Shown piece after piece: positions 17,584 through 29,673 of a stretch of 64,000 bases of DNA (the stretch's first letter is position 1; each line of letters starts with the position of its first letter). The notes below the pieces were generated by a model. It had not been told where the DNA came from. It saw only the letters and a program-made list of their open reading frames with translations, and did not search any database. This DNA is from an uncultured Bdellovibrionales bacterium (GTDB lineage Bacteria; Patescibacteriota; Minisyncoccia; Moranbacterales; UBA1568): assembly GCA_964436855.1 (NCBI GenBank), contig CAYTED010000004.1, positions 3,627 through 67,626 of the forward strand, read 5' to 3'. The position numbers and the translations under genes are program-made.

Positions 17584-19025
17584 ACCCCCTTTCCTTGACC
17601 AAAAAATCCGAATCGCTCAAAATGCCGCTCGGTTATTCGTCGTACCGAGTGCACAAAGTACCAGTACTCACGCGCAAAAAGAAGTATCCACAAGAAAAAG
17701 AGGGTCAATAACACAAGGAAAAACCATCCGATCCTTTGTGCGACTTGCGCATACGTGATTGTCTCGCTATTCCCAAGCCTCGCGACCGGATACGGCTGCA
17801 CAGAAAATGAAAGCTCTCGACTCACCGTATACTTGCCCCGCTCCGCATATACCAAAACCCGATACCCCGAAACCGCGTCAACCCAGAGTGGTATTTTTAT
17901 ATCCCGGGAAAAAGATTGGTCGGAAAAATCTCGAATTTCAGGAATAAGCCGCGACACTTCTCTCCCGGAAGGATCGAGTACAACGTACGAAAAAGCGATC
18001 GGATCCGTATTCTCATCGGAAAACGCCGCATTCGTATCGACAGTTACCACGATCGGAAGAGAGTCTCCCTGCATCACCTCGTGCATCCCTCCGCGAATCG
18101 CAATGTTAAAATCAAAAGGAAGTGACGATTTTCCCGAAGAAATTTGTTCGAAAGATCCGGTGAAAAAATCTTCCTCTCCCTTCTGATTCGATTTTCCGCG
18201 CCGATGAGAATCATCCGTATTATCGGTTACTTCGAAAGAAATCGAGTCCTCCGATGTTCTTGTTGAATCATCAGGATCGGTAACCGTAACCGTAAAAAGA
18301 TGCTCTCCTTCGGAAAGGCGTACCGGCGACGTCCACTCCCAATATCCGGCGGCATTGGCCGTCAATTGAGCAGCGACGGTATTCGAACTATTCAGAAGAA
18401 TATCAATAATACCGTTCGCGATATTGGTCACTCCGGAAAACCTCGGGGTCCTGTCGGATATGGAAAGATTCGTTCGGAAATTCGTCACATCTTTTCGAAC
18501 AAAGCGCGTTGTTGTAATGGTCGCCGGAGATGCGGACGGACAATCAAGCGTCGTCGCCGAAACCGAATCCGAGACTTCCGTCCCCGGAAACATCGGCCCA
18601 TTCGCCGTCACAACATACGAATAGGTCGTTGATTCGGAAACGGAGATGTCGGAATACTGCGATGTCGCGACCCCGGTAACAAGCGTCACGCTGTCTCGAT
18701 CGATATCCCACGACGATGTCCCGATATCATCCGCCCAGTCAAGTTGCACGCGCGGCGCTCCGGAAACGCACACCGGCGTTGCGGTAACAATGGGTTTTTG
18801 CGGCGGCCCAACCACGGTCGCAAGCACGGTAATATCGGCTCCGATTGCGCGAAGTTTTTCTTGTATATCCTTGACAAAAAATTCCGGACCAAGGAAAAAT
18901 CCCAAAGCAAGGTACGAAACAAAAGCGATACCGACAACAAAAAGATGGAGTCGGATACACCACTGAATAGCCCGATTTGGTTGATGCATAATTTTTTGAG
19001 AGCCTCCCTCAAAATATCGAAACAA
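17574..19025 (-). CDS. Hypothetical exported protein with N- and C-terminal TM anchors and a Ser/Thr/Asp-rich extracytoplasmic region
   Basis: N-terminal TM (FVVGIAFVSYLALGFFLG), about 400-aa hydrophilic region, C-terminal TM (WFFLVLLTLFFLWILLF). Probable start at MHQPNR (18989). Confidence 0.45.
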   Translation of the reverse strand: MFRYFEGGSQKIMHQPNRAIQWCIRLHLFVVGIAFVSYLALGFFLGPEFFVKDIQEKLRAIGADITVLATVVGPPQKPIVTATPVCVSGAPRVQLDWADDIGTSSWDIDRDSVTLVTGVATSQYSDISVSESTTYSYVVTANGPMFPGTEVSDSVSATTLDCPSASPATITTTRFVRKDVTNFRTNLSISDRTPRFSGVTNIANGIIDILLNSSNTVAAQLTANAAGYWEWTSPVRLSEGEHLFTVTVTDPDDSTRTSEDSISFEVTDNTDDSHRRGKSNQKGEEDFFTGSFEQISSGKSSLPFDFNIAIRGGMHEVMQGDSLPIVVTVDTNAAFSDENTDPIAFSYVVLDPSGREVSRLIPEIRDFSDQSFSRDIKIPLWVDAVSGYRVLVYAERGKYTVSRELSFSVQPYPVARLGNSETITYAQVAQRIGWFFLVLLTLFFLWILLFAREYWYFVHSVRRITERHFERFGFFGQGKGVWG

Positions 19026-19043
19026 ACTCCTTTCTTCAGTATA

Positions 19044-19067
19044 CCAAAAAACGCCCCTTTGGGCGTC
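19044..19067 (-). terminator. Rho-independent terminator about 215 nt downstream of the 16S 3' end
   Basis: acgcccctttgggcgt hairpin followed by a T-run on the minus strand. Confidence 0.5.
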
Positions 19068-19281
19068 TGGTTGTTTTTTCTATTCTATGCGCAGCGAGAC
19101 GTTAAATCGTCTCATAAAGATCGACATCTTTTGTGGTCAGTCTTCTGTAAAAATCTTCGCTTTGACCGTATTGCTCCATTTCTCTTGCCGGAGCAAAGAA
19201 GAAATATCTTCACAATACCGTCGACCTTGTTTGGTTGAGAACTCGATACTAGGTATCAACTCTCACCCACCATTACTCCCT

Positions 19282-20880
<1,599 letters not shown>

Positions 20881-21171
20881 TAAAGGTGATTGGAATGGAA
20901 AATCATTATGCACCTCCATAATGATTCTTTCCGATCGAAATCGAAAAGTTCCGAAAGAAGATTCTTAGCAAACCACCCGTCTTTTCTCTCCGGTAAACCG
21001 GAAACAAGAGAACGTTTTTCGTTTGCCAAGCATCTTCAAAGAATAAACGAAGATTCACTTTTTCTCCCGAAGGAGAAAATGAAGACTGACCGCAAAAAAT
21101 TGCGATCGTACTGACTTCTTTTTTTAAGAAAACAAAGCAATTGAGAAAATGAATTCCTCTATCGCCAAGCC

Positions 21172-21200
21172 ATTATAGCAGCCTAAAAAACCTTGTCAAC
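21172..21200 (-). promoter_or_regulatory. Sigma70-type promoter for the 16S rRNA: TTGACA, 17-nt spacer, TATAAT
   Basis: Minus strand reads TTGACAaggttttttaggctgcTATAAT. It sits about 300 nt upstream of the 16S 5' end. Confidence 0.6.
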
Positions 21201-21404
21201 CCTCCTATCTCCCCCTTTTTTCATACGGGGAATAAAGACCAAAAAAATCGCCTTTCTTCATAAAAAACAAAAAAATATCCAGCTTCGATAACTACGCCAA
21301 ACCAGCCAAAAAAGAATCCCGGGCGCAAAAAAATCCCAAGTAAACGCCTCCTTTCCGCTCCTCGCGAAAGGGGTTGGAAGGGGGACTCGATCCAAAAATA
21401 CCCA

Positions 21405-21941
21405 TTATTTCAGCCTATTGTTAATAAAAAAGAGCGAGGCAAGAGGGAGAATCATCCACGTAATCCGAGCAAGCGGTGAAGCAAAAACGGCATACACCGA
21501 CGGAGAAACATATCCGAGAAGATCCCTTGCGGGGAAAAGCGAAAAAAGAGAGCTTGCGAAAAACCCAGTAACGAGAATACTCATCACGAACAGCCTCCAA
21601 AAAAAGTCCGTTCCGGCACTCGTAATATGCAGATCAAAAAGACGTTCGTCCGTCGCCGTCAAAAAAGCAAGCACGAGTGCAAAAACGAGCAATCCTCCGT
21701 ATTTTGAAAACGAGAGAAAATTACCCGACAACAGAACGCCGACAAAAGCAAGAGCAATATAAATATTGATCAGAATATTGATCAGTTTCCATCGCCCAAA
21801 GAGAAAACCAATGGCGATACTCATGCCGATAAACAAAAGCAGGAAGGAAAAATCCCCCGACCGATCTCCGAAAAATCGAAATGACTCGTAAAAAAAATCC
21901 ATAGATATGGGAAGCATAGTGAAAAAAATGTGGCTTGTCAA
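21405..21941 (-). CDS. Hypothetical polytopic membrane protein
   Basis: Five to six TM helices. No motifs. Confidence 0.4.
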   Translation of the reverse strand: MTSHIFFTMLPISMDFFYESFRFFGDRSGDFSFLLLFIGMSIAIGFLFGRWKLINILINIYIALAFVGVLLSGNFLSFSKYGGLLVFALVLAFLTATDERLFDLHITSAGTDFFWRLFVMSILVTGFFASSLFSLFPARDLLGYVSPSVYAVFASPLARITWMILPLASLFFINNRLK

Positions 21942-22013
21942 AGGGATTTTTTTAAGAGATACCGTTTGAGGAAGCGGGAAAAAGAGGTATAATAAAAGGG
22001 AGATTTTTCAATA

Positions 22014-23504
22014 TTGGCTATGCATCCGAAAATCGGGCGACGTCTTTTTTTCTGGGTATTGGTTTTTTGTTTTCTCGCAACTTCCGTCGCGGTTCTTTTT
22101 TTTACTTTTGGGTACTCTTTTGATACGAAAAGAAAAATCTTCGTACACACCGGATCATTTACTCTGAAAACCGTCCCTCTTGATACGATAGATATTCGGA
22201 TCGATGGCGAGGAAGTCTCCAAACGAAAACTCAATATACTGAACAACGCATATCATGTCTCGGGACAAATGCCCGGAGAGCATTTTATCGAAATAACCGC
22301 ACCGGGATACTCAACCTGGAAAAAAAAGGCGGTCATCGAAAGCGGAAAATCAACCGAGTTCTGGAATATCAATCTGGTAGCGACACACTACACGACATAC
22401 TCCTTTCCGGAAACAAAAAACGTACTCAAAATTTTTCCATCACCAAAAGAAAATCTTCTCGCCATTTTACAGAAAGAAAATACGACTCTCCTCATCAAAA
22501 CATTTGACTCACAACAAGGTGTTATTTCCACCGTCGCACAACTCGAACAAGCAGATTTTCCCGAATCTTTCGAGGAAAATCTCGAGTGGTCACCCGACAC
22601 TACGCTCCTCACGCTTCCCATTTTCTCAAATGGAACCCGAGAATATATTCTTGTGAATAGAGAAAACAATACCGTCGAAAACATCCTCTCTCGATCGGGC
22701 CTGTCGGATATGCGTTTCGCGCGGTGGGATGCACGTCGCAACGGAATCCTCTACTTTTTATCGGGATCAAATTTGTTCGAATGGGACGCCACAGACAAAA
22801 CAGCCTCCCCCCGATTGATCGCTGAACAAATCGACGGCTACGACATTTCCCATCAATATCTCTACACTCTCGACCTCTCAAACGGACTTGTCAAACGATT
22901 TCGATCAGGCACTTCCGTCAATCAATCAGAATTCATTTCCCTCGAACCCATACAAACCGCTCCTGACTCACGCTACGACCTCACCGTTTATGACGAAGAT
23001 CGGATCGCAATTCGCGATCGAAAAACAGGCGAACTCTTTATTCACAATATCGGTGAAAAAGATCACTTCGAAAGAAAGGAGGCCGGGGTGCGTGGCATCC
23101 AATTCTCAAATGACGGCAAAAAACTTCTCTACTTTACCGATCGAGAAATATTCGTATACTTCCTTCGAAAGTGGGATACGCAACCGACACGAAGAGAGGG
23201 AGAAACTCTTCAAATCGCTCGTTTTTCAGAACCGATACGATTTGTCCAGTGGGCAGAAGATTACGAGCACGTTCTCTTTTCGCTCAATACCGAAATCAAA
23301 ACTATCGAGCTTGATGGACGCGATCGACGCATTGCAGAAACGGCAATGACGCTCCATAAAGAGCCACAGCAGTTCTTTGCAAACTTTTCCTCAAACGGCA
23401 TATTCTTGATAGAACAAGATTCCTCCATGCCCCTTTCATATTTTTCTTTCCCGGAAAATATCGATCAACCCGCCATAGAAATACCAAAAGAAAATACCCT
23501 ATGA
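22014..23504 (+). CDS. Membrane-anchored protein with a PEGA-like domain and probable beta-propeller-like extracytoplasmic region
   Basis: N-terminal TM (LFFWVLVFCFLATSVAVLFF). PEGA-like segment IDIRIDGEEVSKRKLNILNNAYHVSGQMPGEHFIEITAPGYSTWKKKAVIESGKSTEFWNINL. Confidence 0.5.
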   Translation: MAMHPKIGRRLFFWVLVFCFLATSVAVLFFTFGYSFDTKRKIFVHTGSFTLKTVPLDTIDIRIDGEEVSKRKLNILNNAYHVSGQMPGEHFIEITAPGYSTWKKKAVIESGKSTEFWNINLVATHYTTYSFPETKNVLKIFPSPKENLLAILQKENTTLLIKTFDSQQGVISTVAQLEQADFPESFEENLEWSPDTTLLTLPIFSNGTREYILVNRENNTVENILSRSGLSDMRFARWDARRNGILYFLSGSNLFEWDATDKTASPRLIAEQIDGYDISHQYLYTLDLSNGLVKRFRSGTSVNQSEFISLEPIQTAPDSRYDLTVYDEDRIAIRDRKTGELFIHNIGEKDHFERKEAGVRGIQFSNDGKKLLYFTDREIFVYFLRKWDTQPTRREGETLQIARFSEPIRFVQWAEDYEHVLFSLNTEIKTIELDGRDRRIAETAMTLHKEPQQFFANFSSNGIFLIEQDSSMPLSYFSFPENIDQPAIEIPKENTL

Positions 23505-24715
23505 CTTCCCGCCTTGAAAAAGGATTCGATATGATTCGATCCGGAAACGGAGACACACGTTCTCCGGAATCAACAATCGAAACACCCGAAAAGAAAGCGC
23601 GCGATATTGCCGAGAAACAAAACGGAAACTACGACGCCATTGTCGAAGAGCTAACGGAAAAAAATCTTTTCGACGCGGAGAAGAAGCGCATCCAATCAAA
23701 TGTTGAATACCAAAAATACCTTCAAGAAGCCTCTTTTCTCACGGAAAAAGAATGGGAAATGCTCACCGTGCTCGAGCTCTTTGATGTGGAAACATTTAAA
23801 CACTGTCTTCGAACCTACGAAAAGGCGAGAGAAATGATCGAGAGTGAGGGAGTTCTCGGAACATACCTGAAACAAAATATCGACCTTGAGCTCCAAGAAC
23901 TCTCTCCATCAAATCGCCTCTCAACCCTCTATCGCGCCTGTCTTTTTCATGATCTTGGAAAAATTGCGGTTCCGAAATCCATTCTCAACAATCCACTCCG
24001 AAACGATGATTGGCTGAAGCTTGGCGAACAATTTTGCACCCACACAGCAAACGCTTGTTATCAAAAAAGGATACGCGAATCACACGGGACACTCCGGGCA
24101 AAAGACATCGTTCCGCTTCGCGTCTGTCTTACGGAAGGAGAGAGTATCAGATTTCAAGTGCTTGGTATCGATGTCGATCTTCCTCTCGGACAGATTATCA
24201 ACGCCATCCATACCAAACAATCCGCCGCTTATCTCGAAAAAGCCGGATTCTTGACCGAGGCGGCACTCGTCAAAGAACACCACTCCGAAACACCCATTGC
24301 GCAAAGAAACTATCCTGTCTCTTCGAGTACAATTACCGTCACAAATATACTTCAAAGCCTCCTTCATACAGCCGATGTCTACGATGCCATGCAGAACGCT
24401 CGCTCCTACAAAGGAGATGAGGGCATATTCGAGACCCTGGCAATATTGATACAAGAAAGCGAGAAAAAATTAATCGATCCGAAACTCCTCTCCCTTCTTC
24501 TTGAGTTCGAACTGAAAAAACTTGCAAGACAAGTGAACACTCGAAACGAAAAATTATCATCCGTAACTCGAGCTTATTTTAAAAATCTTCAATCAAAAAC
24601 CAAAGAAAAGCCATTTGAAACAACATACCAAAAAGAATTGTTTGCCTTAAAAAAAGTTCACCGATTTTTCAAAGAAACCGGTGATTTACGAAAGAAAGCT
24701 TCCATTGAATCTTGA
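23501..24715 (+). CDS. HD-GYP-like (HD superfamily) phosphohydrolase with a degenerate GYP motif
   Basis: FHDLGK (HD) motif. EHHSETPIAQRNYP in place of HHExxDGxGYP. ADVYDAMQNARSYKG matches the ADVYDALTSDRPYK block. Start overlaps the upstream stop (ATGA). Confidence 0.65.
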   Translation: MTSRLEKGFDMIRSGNGDTRSPESTIETPEKKARDIAEKQNGNYDAIVEELTEKNLFDAEKKRIQSNVEYQKYLQEASFLTEKEWEMLTVLELFDVETFKHCLRTYEKAREMIESEGVLGTYLKQNIDLELQELSPSNRLSTLYRACLFHDLGKIAVPKSILNNPLRNDDWLKLGEQFCTHTANACYQKRIRESHGTLRAKDIVPLRVCLTEGESIRFQVLGIDVDLPLGQIINAIHTKQSAAYLEKAGFLTEAALVKEHHSETPIAQRNYPVSSSTITVTNILQSLLHTADVYDAMQNARSYKGDEGIFETLAILIQESEKKLIDPKLLSLLLEFELKKLARQVNTRNEKLSSVTRAYFKNLQSKTKEKPFETTYQKELFALKKVHRFFKETGDLRKKASIES

Positions 24716-24716
24716 C

Positions 24717-25139
24717 CTATTTCGAAGGAAAGACGTCGCGAGAAAGCCAGTCCTCAAGAAAAATCCGCGCCGCCTCGGCATCATCTTGTTTCGATATCCC
24801 CTTTCCACCGGTTTCTTTCAACCGATCCTGCGCCATCTTGGTGGTAAACATCTCATTTGTATATTCAACCACAAGTTCCGGAAATCTTCGCGAAAGCCCT
24901 GCCCCGAATTGTCGTTCTGGAAATATTTTTCCTTCTCGAGCGGAGTGTTCCGGAATACCAATAATAACGGTGCCGATCCGTTCGGATTGAAAAATAAGCC
25001 CGAGTCGTTCAAGAAGCGACGCATCGTTTTGAATTACATCAAAAGAGAGCGCAATCCGCGTCTCCGGATCAGCGATCGCAAGACCGATCTTCGAGGATCC
25101 CCAGTCGATCCCCATAAAACTCTTACGTTCTTCATTCAT
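24717..25139 (-). CDS. ruvX: Holliday-junction resolvase-like RuvX (YqgF)
   Basis: MGIDWGSSKIGLAIADPETRIALSF motif and RNase H-like fold signature. Confidence 0.75.
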   Translation of the reverse strand: MNEERKSFMGIDWGSSKIGLAIADPETRIALSFDVIQNDASLLERLGLIFQSERIGTVIIGIPEHSAREGKIFPERQFGAGLSRRFPELVVEYTNEMFTTKMAQDRLKETGGKGISKQDDAEAARIFLEDWLSRDVFPSK

Positions 25140-25309
25140 AAAACTTTCGAAAAACGCGATACTGAAAACACAAAAACCAAACAAAACACCTTCTCTATAA
25201 TCCTCAAAGCACAAACTTTTCCTATCTGAAATTTCGTGTTTTCTGTTTTGAACTTTGTTTGCCTGCCTGCCAGCGAGGCAGGATATTCATGTTCTGTGAT
25301 TTTGCATCT

Positions 25310-26077
25310 TTACAGTCGTGTGGCTACTTCAACCCCATCTTTCGTAATAAGCACCGTGTCCTCAAAGTGCGCGGAAAGCGATTCGTCGGCCGTCACAAAT
25401 GTCCACCCATCATCGGAAAGCTCCACTTGCCAATCGCCTGCATTCACCATCGGCTCAAGCGCGACCGCCATTCCCTCCACAAAGGTAAACCCCGGGATAC
25501 TCTTCGTCGTATAATTCGGAATTTGAGGTTCCTCGTGAAGCTCGCGTCCCACACCGTGTCCGACGAGATCACGCACCATCGAGAATCCGTCGCGTCTCGC
25601 CCGATCTTCCACGGCATGCGCATACTCAAAAAGACTCGCCCCGGTATGAATCGCCGCAATACCGCAGTCAAGCGACTCTCTTGTCGCGCGTAACAGTTTC
25701 TCGGCAAGTGGCGATACTTTTCCTACTGAAAATGTTCTCGCCATATCACTGACCATCCCAGAAAAACGCATCCCGATATCAAGCTTAAAGAGATCCCCTT
25801 CCCTCAAAATCTTTTCTTTTGAAGGAATACCATGTACCACCTCATTATTAAGAGAAGCACAAATAGTGGCTGGAAATGGCCGTCTCCCGCCATATCCCTT
25901 AAAAATCGGGATGCCGCCAACCTCACGGATCCATTCCTCCGCAAAGCGATCAATTTCAAATGTTGAAACACCCGGAACAATTTTTTCTTCGAGTCGCGTA
26001 ACGATTCGAGCAAGCTCTTGACCAGATGTCCGTATTCCCTCAAGCTCTGCTTCGGTTTTAATCCATTCTTTCTTCAT
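25310..26077 (-). CDS. map: Methionine aminopeptidase type I
   Basis: 255 aa. Conserved metal-binding pattern (D..D..H..E..E) and MetAP-I blocks. Confidence 0.9.
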   Translation of the reverse strand: MKKEWIKTEAELEGIRTSGQELARIVTRLEEKIVPGVSTFEIDRFAEEWIREVGGIPIFKGYGGRRPFPATICASLNNEVVHGIPSKEKILREGDLFKLDIGMRFSGMVSDMARTFSVGKVSPLAEKLLRATRESLDCGIAAIHTGASLFEYAHAVEDRARRDGFSMVRDLVGHGVGRELHEEPQIPNYTTKSIPGFTFVEGMAVALEPMVNAGDWQVELSDDGWTFVTADESLSAHFEDTVLITKDGVEVATRL

Positions 26078-26089
26078 ATCTCGAAAAAC

Positions 26090-26743
26090 TCACCTTTCGT
26101 GAATGATTGTCTCAAAAATATCCTCCGCTGGTTTCCTCCCGTCGACACGAAGGAGCTTTTTTTGTTCCGAAAAATACCGAATAACCGGTTCAGTCTCCTC
26201 GTGAAAAATCGTCCATCGCTTTTCAACACCTGACGGTGTATCATCTTTCCGTTGTGTCAACGCGCCGCCGCACTTGTAGCACGGACTCGAATGATCTTCC
26301 GGATGAATGCCAAGAATAAATTTCTCCCCGCATCGTTCGCATGCAAACCGGCGGGAAATTCGATCAATGGAATCCTCTTTCGGCAGATCTACAAAAATAA
26401 CCCCATCAATTTCTCGTCCAAACTCTCGGAGTACGGAAAGCACTTCTTCGATTTGACTTTCCCGTCGCGGCGCACCATCGAGCACGATGCCTCTTGCCGG
26501 ATCAGCTGCCGACAAAGCTCGGTGGAGCGCTTGTTCGACGATCCTGTCCGATGCGAGCTCTTTTTTTTCGTAGATTGTTTCAGCCACTTCTTTTCCAAGT
26601 GGAGAATCTTCCGCGGCAATTTTTCGAAGCTCCGCCCCTACATCAATATGCGTGAGCGAAAGACGATTTCGGAAAAAATCCGCCTGTGTGCTCTTGCCGC
26701 TCCCCGGAGGACCGAGAAGAATATAATTTTTTATGCTTAACAT
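26090..26743 (-). CDS. adk: Adenylate kinase with Cys4 zinc lid
   Basis: GPPGSGKSTQ P-loop. LID with CERCGEKF...CYKCGG. Confidence 0.9.
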   Translation of the reverse strand: MLSIKNYILLGPPGSGKSTQADFFRNRLSLTHIDVGAELRKIAAEDSPLGKEVAETIYEKKELASDRIVEQALHRALSAADPARGIVLDGAPRRESQIEEVLSVLREFGREIDGVIFVDLPKEDSIDRISRRFACERCGEKFILGIHPEDHSSPCYKCGGALTQRKDDTPSGVEKRWTIFHEETEPVIRYFSEQKKLLRVDGRKPAEDIFETIIHER

Positions 26744-26780
26744 CTGGGTATGAAAACTTAACTCTTGTATTCTTGGAGCT

Positions 26781-28061
26781 TCAAAAACCATCGTAACTCC
26801 GCATCGCAAGCTGGCTCTGTGAATGTTTCAAGAACTCAAGTACGACCGAAACGACGATAAGAATGCTCACCCCGCCAACCGTCAGCGCCTGCACTCCGGT
26901 CAGTCCCTGAACAACAAAAGGAAGTACAGCGACCGCACCAAGAAACACCGACCCTGCGAGCGTAATACGATTGATAATAAAGTGGAGATACTCCGCCGTC
27001 GCACCTCCGGGACGAATACCCGGAACATATCCTCCTTGTTTTTGTAGATTCTCCGAAATCTTGTACGGATCAAACACGACCGTCGTATAAAAATAGGTAA
27101 AAAGAATAACAAGAACAAAATAAAGCGTCCCATATGTCCAACGATCCTGAAAAAATGCGCCCACAGAAAGTGCAATTTCTCCCGCGCGCTCGCCACGCCA
27201 CGCCTGTGCAAGGTAATTCGCCACCATGGTTGGAATGAGAATAATCGACACTGCAAAAATAATCGGGATCACGCCCGCCTGATTCACCCGAAGCGGAAGG
27301 TGCGTTCCCGAGCCGCCGTAGACCTGACTCCCTCGAACTCGTTTCGCATAAGCAACCGGAATAATGCGTTGCCCCTCGTTGACGAGAATAACACCAGCGA
27401 TTGTTATCGCTCCCACCAAAAAGAATGCGAGATATGAGAAAAACTCCGACGGATCCCATGTGGAAGCAAATCGACTGGCAGCCGCCGGCAATCCGGCAAC
27501 GATACCCGAAAAAATCATCATTGACACTCCGTTCCCCAGACCCTTTTCGGTAATCAATTCACCAAGCCACATCAGAAAAACCGACCCTGCCGTTGCTGTG
27601 ATGATAATCGCCGCTTTTGTGAATGGCGAAAGATCGCCCAGCACATTTTGTGATTGCAAAAGAGATATCATCGCAAATGACTGAATCGCCGCGAGGGGAA
27701 CAGTAAGAATTCTCGTCCAGAAATTGAATTTCTGTCGACCGGCCTCCCCCTCCTCTTTATAGAGTCGCTCGAGCGAAGGGACGATAGTCGTCAGAAGCTG
27801 CATAATAATCGATGCGGTAATGTACGGACCGACCCCCAAAAGAACGATCGAAATATTCGACAATCCGCCGCCGGAAAAAATATTCAGGAGTGTAAAAACT
27901 TCATTCTGTTCAAACAATCGACGGAGCTCTTCCGCATCAACTCCCGGAATCGGAACATTCGCAACCAATCGATACACGACCAAAAGCGCCAAGATAAAAA
28001 GAACCTTCTTCCGAAGATCCGGCTGACTTATCATAATCGAAAGTGTTTCTCGGACATTCAT
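26781..28061 (-). CDS. secY: Preprotein translocase subunit SecY
   Basis: Ten-TM topology with SecY signature blocks. Follows rplO as in the spc operon. Confidence 0.9.
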   Translation of the reverse strand: MNVRETLSIMISQPDLRKKVLFILALLVVYRLVANVPIPGVDAEELRRLFEQNEVFTLLNIFSGGGLSNISIVLLGVGPYITASIIMQLLTTIVPSLERLYKEEGEAGRQKFNFWTRILTVPLAAIQSFAMISLLQSQNVLGDLSPFTKAAIIITATAGSVFLMWLGELITEKGLGNGVSMMIFSGIVAGLPAAASRFASTWDPSEFFSYLAFFLVGAITIAGVILVNEGQRIIPVAYAKRVRGSQVYGGSGTHLPLRVNQAGVIPIIFAVSIILIPTMVANYLAQAWRGERAGEIALSVGAFFQDRWTYGTLYFVLVILFTYFYTTVVFDPYKISENLQKQGGYVPGIRPGGATAEYLHFIINRITLAGSVFLGAVAVLPFVVQGLTGVQALTVGGVSILIVVSVVLEFLKHSQSQLAMRSYDGF

Positions 28062-28275
28062 AAACGTTCGTTTCACCCTATAAATTCTTATCAACAGAAA
28101 AGATCGAACTTCACCAGTATACCGCAAAAAAGCGAAAAAAGAAAGCCGAAACAAGCAAAGACAGCGCCAATGTTCCCCGAAAAATCACTCTCCCAACCGA
28201 AACAAGACGGCCTCACCAAAGGCGAGACCGTTTTTATCGAAAAACCAGTTGTGAAAAGAGAGCTCCCCTTTCGGT

Positions 28276-28710
28276 TTATTCCGCCTTCTTCCCGCCATTT
28301 TTGACGATTATCTGTTCCGCGCCGACAGAAACTGCAATACCAGAAGCGAGAGAAAGTTTTTTGGAAAGCGTTCCGGTCGATACGATTTTCACTCCGCACT
28401 TTCCGGCATCATCTCGAACCAGACCCTTCTCAATCAGCGAAAGAAGAGTAACTTCGGAACCATCTTCATAAGAGCGCTCCAGCATTCGAAGTGTGACGGT
28501 ATACGGCTTTGCGTGTGGCGATTTGAAACCACGTACTTTCTTTAATCGTTTGATCAGCGAAGAGCGCCCTCCTTCATGGAGCGGACTTTTCTTTTTTCCA
28601 TGAGCGCCCTGTCCCTTGGTGCCACGACCAGATGTCGTGCCGCGCTTTCCACCACGACCAATGCGCTTCATTCTTCGTTTTGCCAATCCGGAAAATTCAT
28701 GTGACTGCAT
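28276..28710 (-). CDS. rplO: 50S ribosomal protein L15
   Basis: GRGGKRGTTSGRGTKGQ glycine-rich L15 signature. Confidence 0.9.
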   Translation of the reverse strand: MQSHEFSGLAKRRMKRIGRGGKRGTTSGRGTKGQGAHGKKKSPLHEGGRSSLIKRLKKVRGFKSPHAKPYTVTLRMLERSYEDGSEVTLLSLIEKGLVRDDAGKCGVKIVSTGTLSKKLSLASGIAVSVGAEQIIVKNGGKKAE

Positions 28711-28730
28711 ACCGTTCTCAAATATCAAAA

Positions 28731-29261
28731 TTATTTCTTCTCCGCTTTCTCCGTTTCGGAAACTTCCGGAGATGAAGATGAAGGAGAAGCGACATTTTTC
28801 GGAAGTTTTTTCAATGCCTCAATCGTGACGCGAGCGACATTCAGTTTATTCGACGCACCGAGAGACTTCGAAACAATATCTTTCACCCCCAAAAGATCCG
28901 CGACCGAACGAACCGCGCCACCCGCAATCAATCCGCGACCGGCTGATGCCGGTTTCAAGAGCACTTTCGCACTCCCAAGTTTGGCGGACACGTCATGAGC
29001 GATCGTTCCATTGACCATCGGAATTTCTACAAGGTGTTTTTTCGCCTCGCCATACGCCTTCTGAATCGCAAGAGAAACATCCGCACCCTTCGCAACCCCG
29101 ACTCCAACCTTTCCTTTTCGGTTTCCGATCACAAGTGTTGCGCGAAAACGAAAGCGTCTTCCCCCCTTCACAACACGGGTTACGCGCGCGAGATCAAGGA
29201 GTTTCTGATCAAACTCCGGTTTCTCCCGACGCATTCCTTTTTTCCCTTGCGGCTTTGCCAT
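28731..29261 (-). CDS. rpsE: 30S ribosomal protein S5 (no L30 gene follows)
   Basis: [22 protein letters not shown] S5 signature. C-terminal S/E-rich extension. Confidence 0.9.
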   Translation of the reverse strand: [176 protein letters not shown]

Positions 29262-29294
29262 ATTCCTTGTGCGTATAATAAATAATTGAATCCT

Positions 29295-29648
29295 TTACAT
29301 TCGAATACCCGCTTCTCGGATCCCCTCGGCGAGCGCCTTCACTTTCCCGTGATACCGATATCCCGCGCGATCAAACACCACTTCTTTTATATGAAGTGAA
29401 AGGCACTTTTCTCCAAATACTTTTCCCAATTCGTGCGCACCCGACACATCATTCTTCGTCTTCTTTATCGAAGCAAGCGAAGATGCGGCGAGCGTTTTTT
29501 GAGACACATCGTCAATCGCCTGTACAAAGAGCGAACGATTACTCCGAAACACCGTCACTCGCGGACGCAACGCAGTACCCGACACTTTCGCACGGACGCG
29601 ACGATGTCGTTTTATTCGAAGTGTTTTTGCTGATGAAGATCGTATCAT
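29295..29648 (-). CDS. rplR: 50S ribosomal protein L18
   Basis: Sequence and position. Confidence 0.9.
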   Translation of the reverse strand: MIRSSSAKTLRIKRHRRVRAKVSGTALRPRVTVFRSNRSLFVQAIDDVSQKTLAASSLASIKKTKNDVSGAHELGKVFGEKCLSLHIKEVVFDRAGYRYHGKVKALAEGIREAGIRM

Positions 29649-29673
29649 ACGTTTCCTGTATATTATTCACTCA

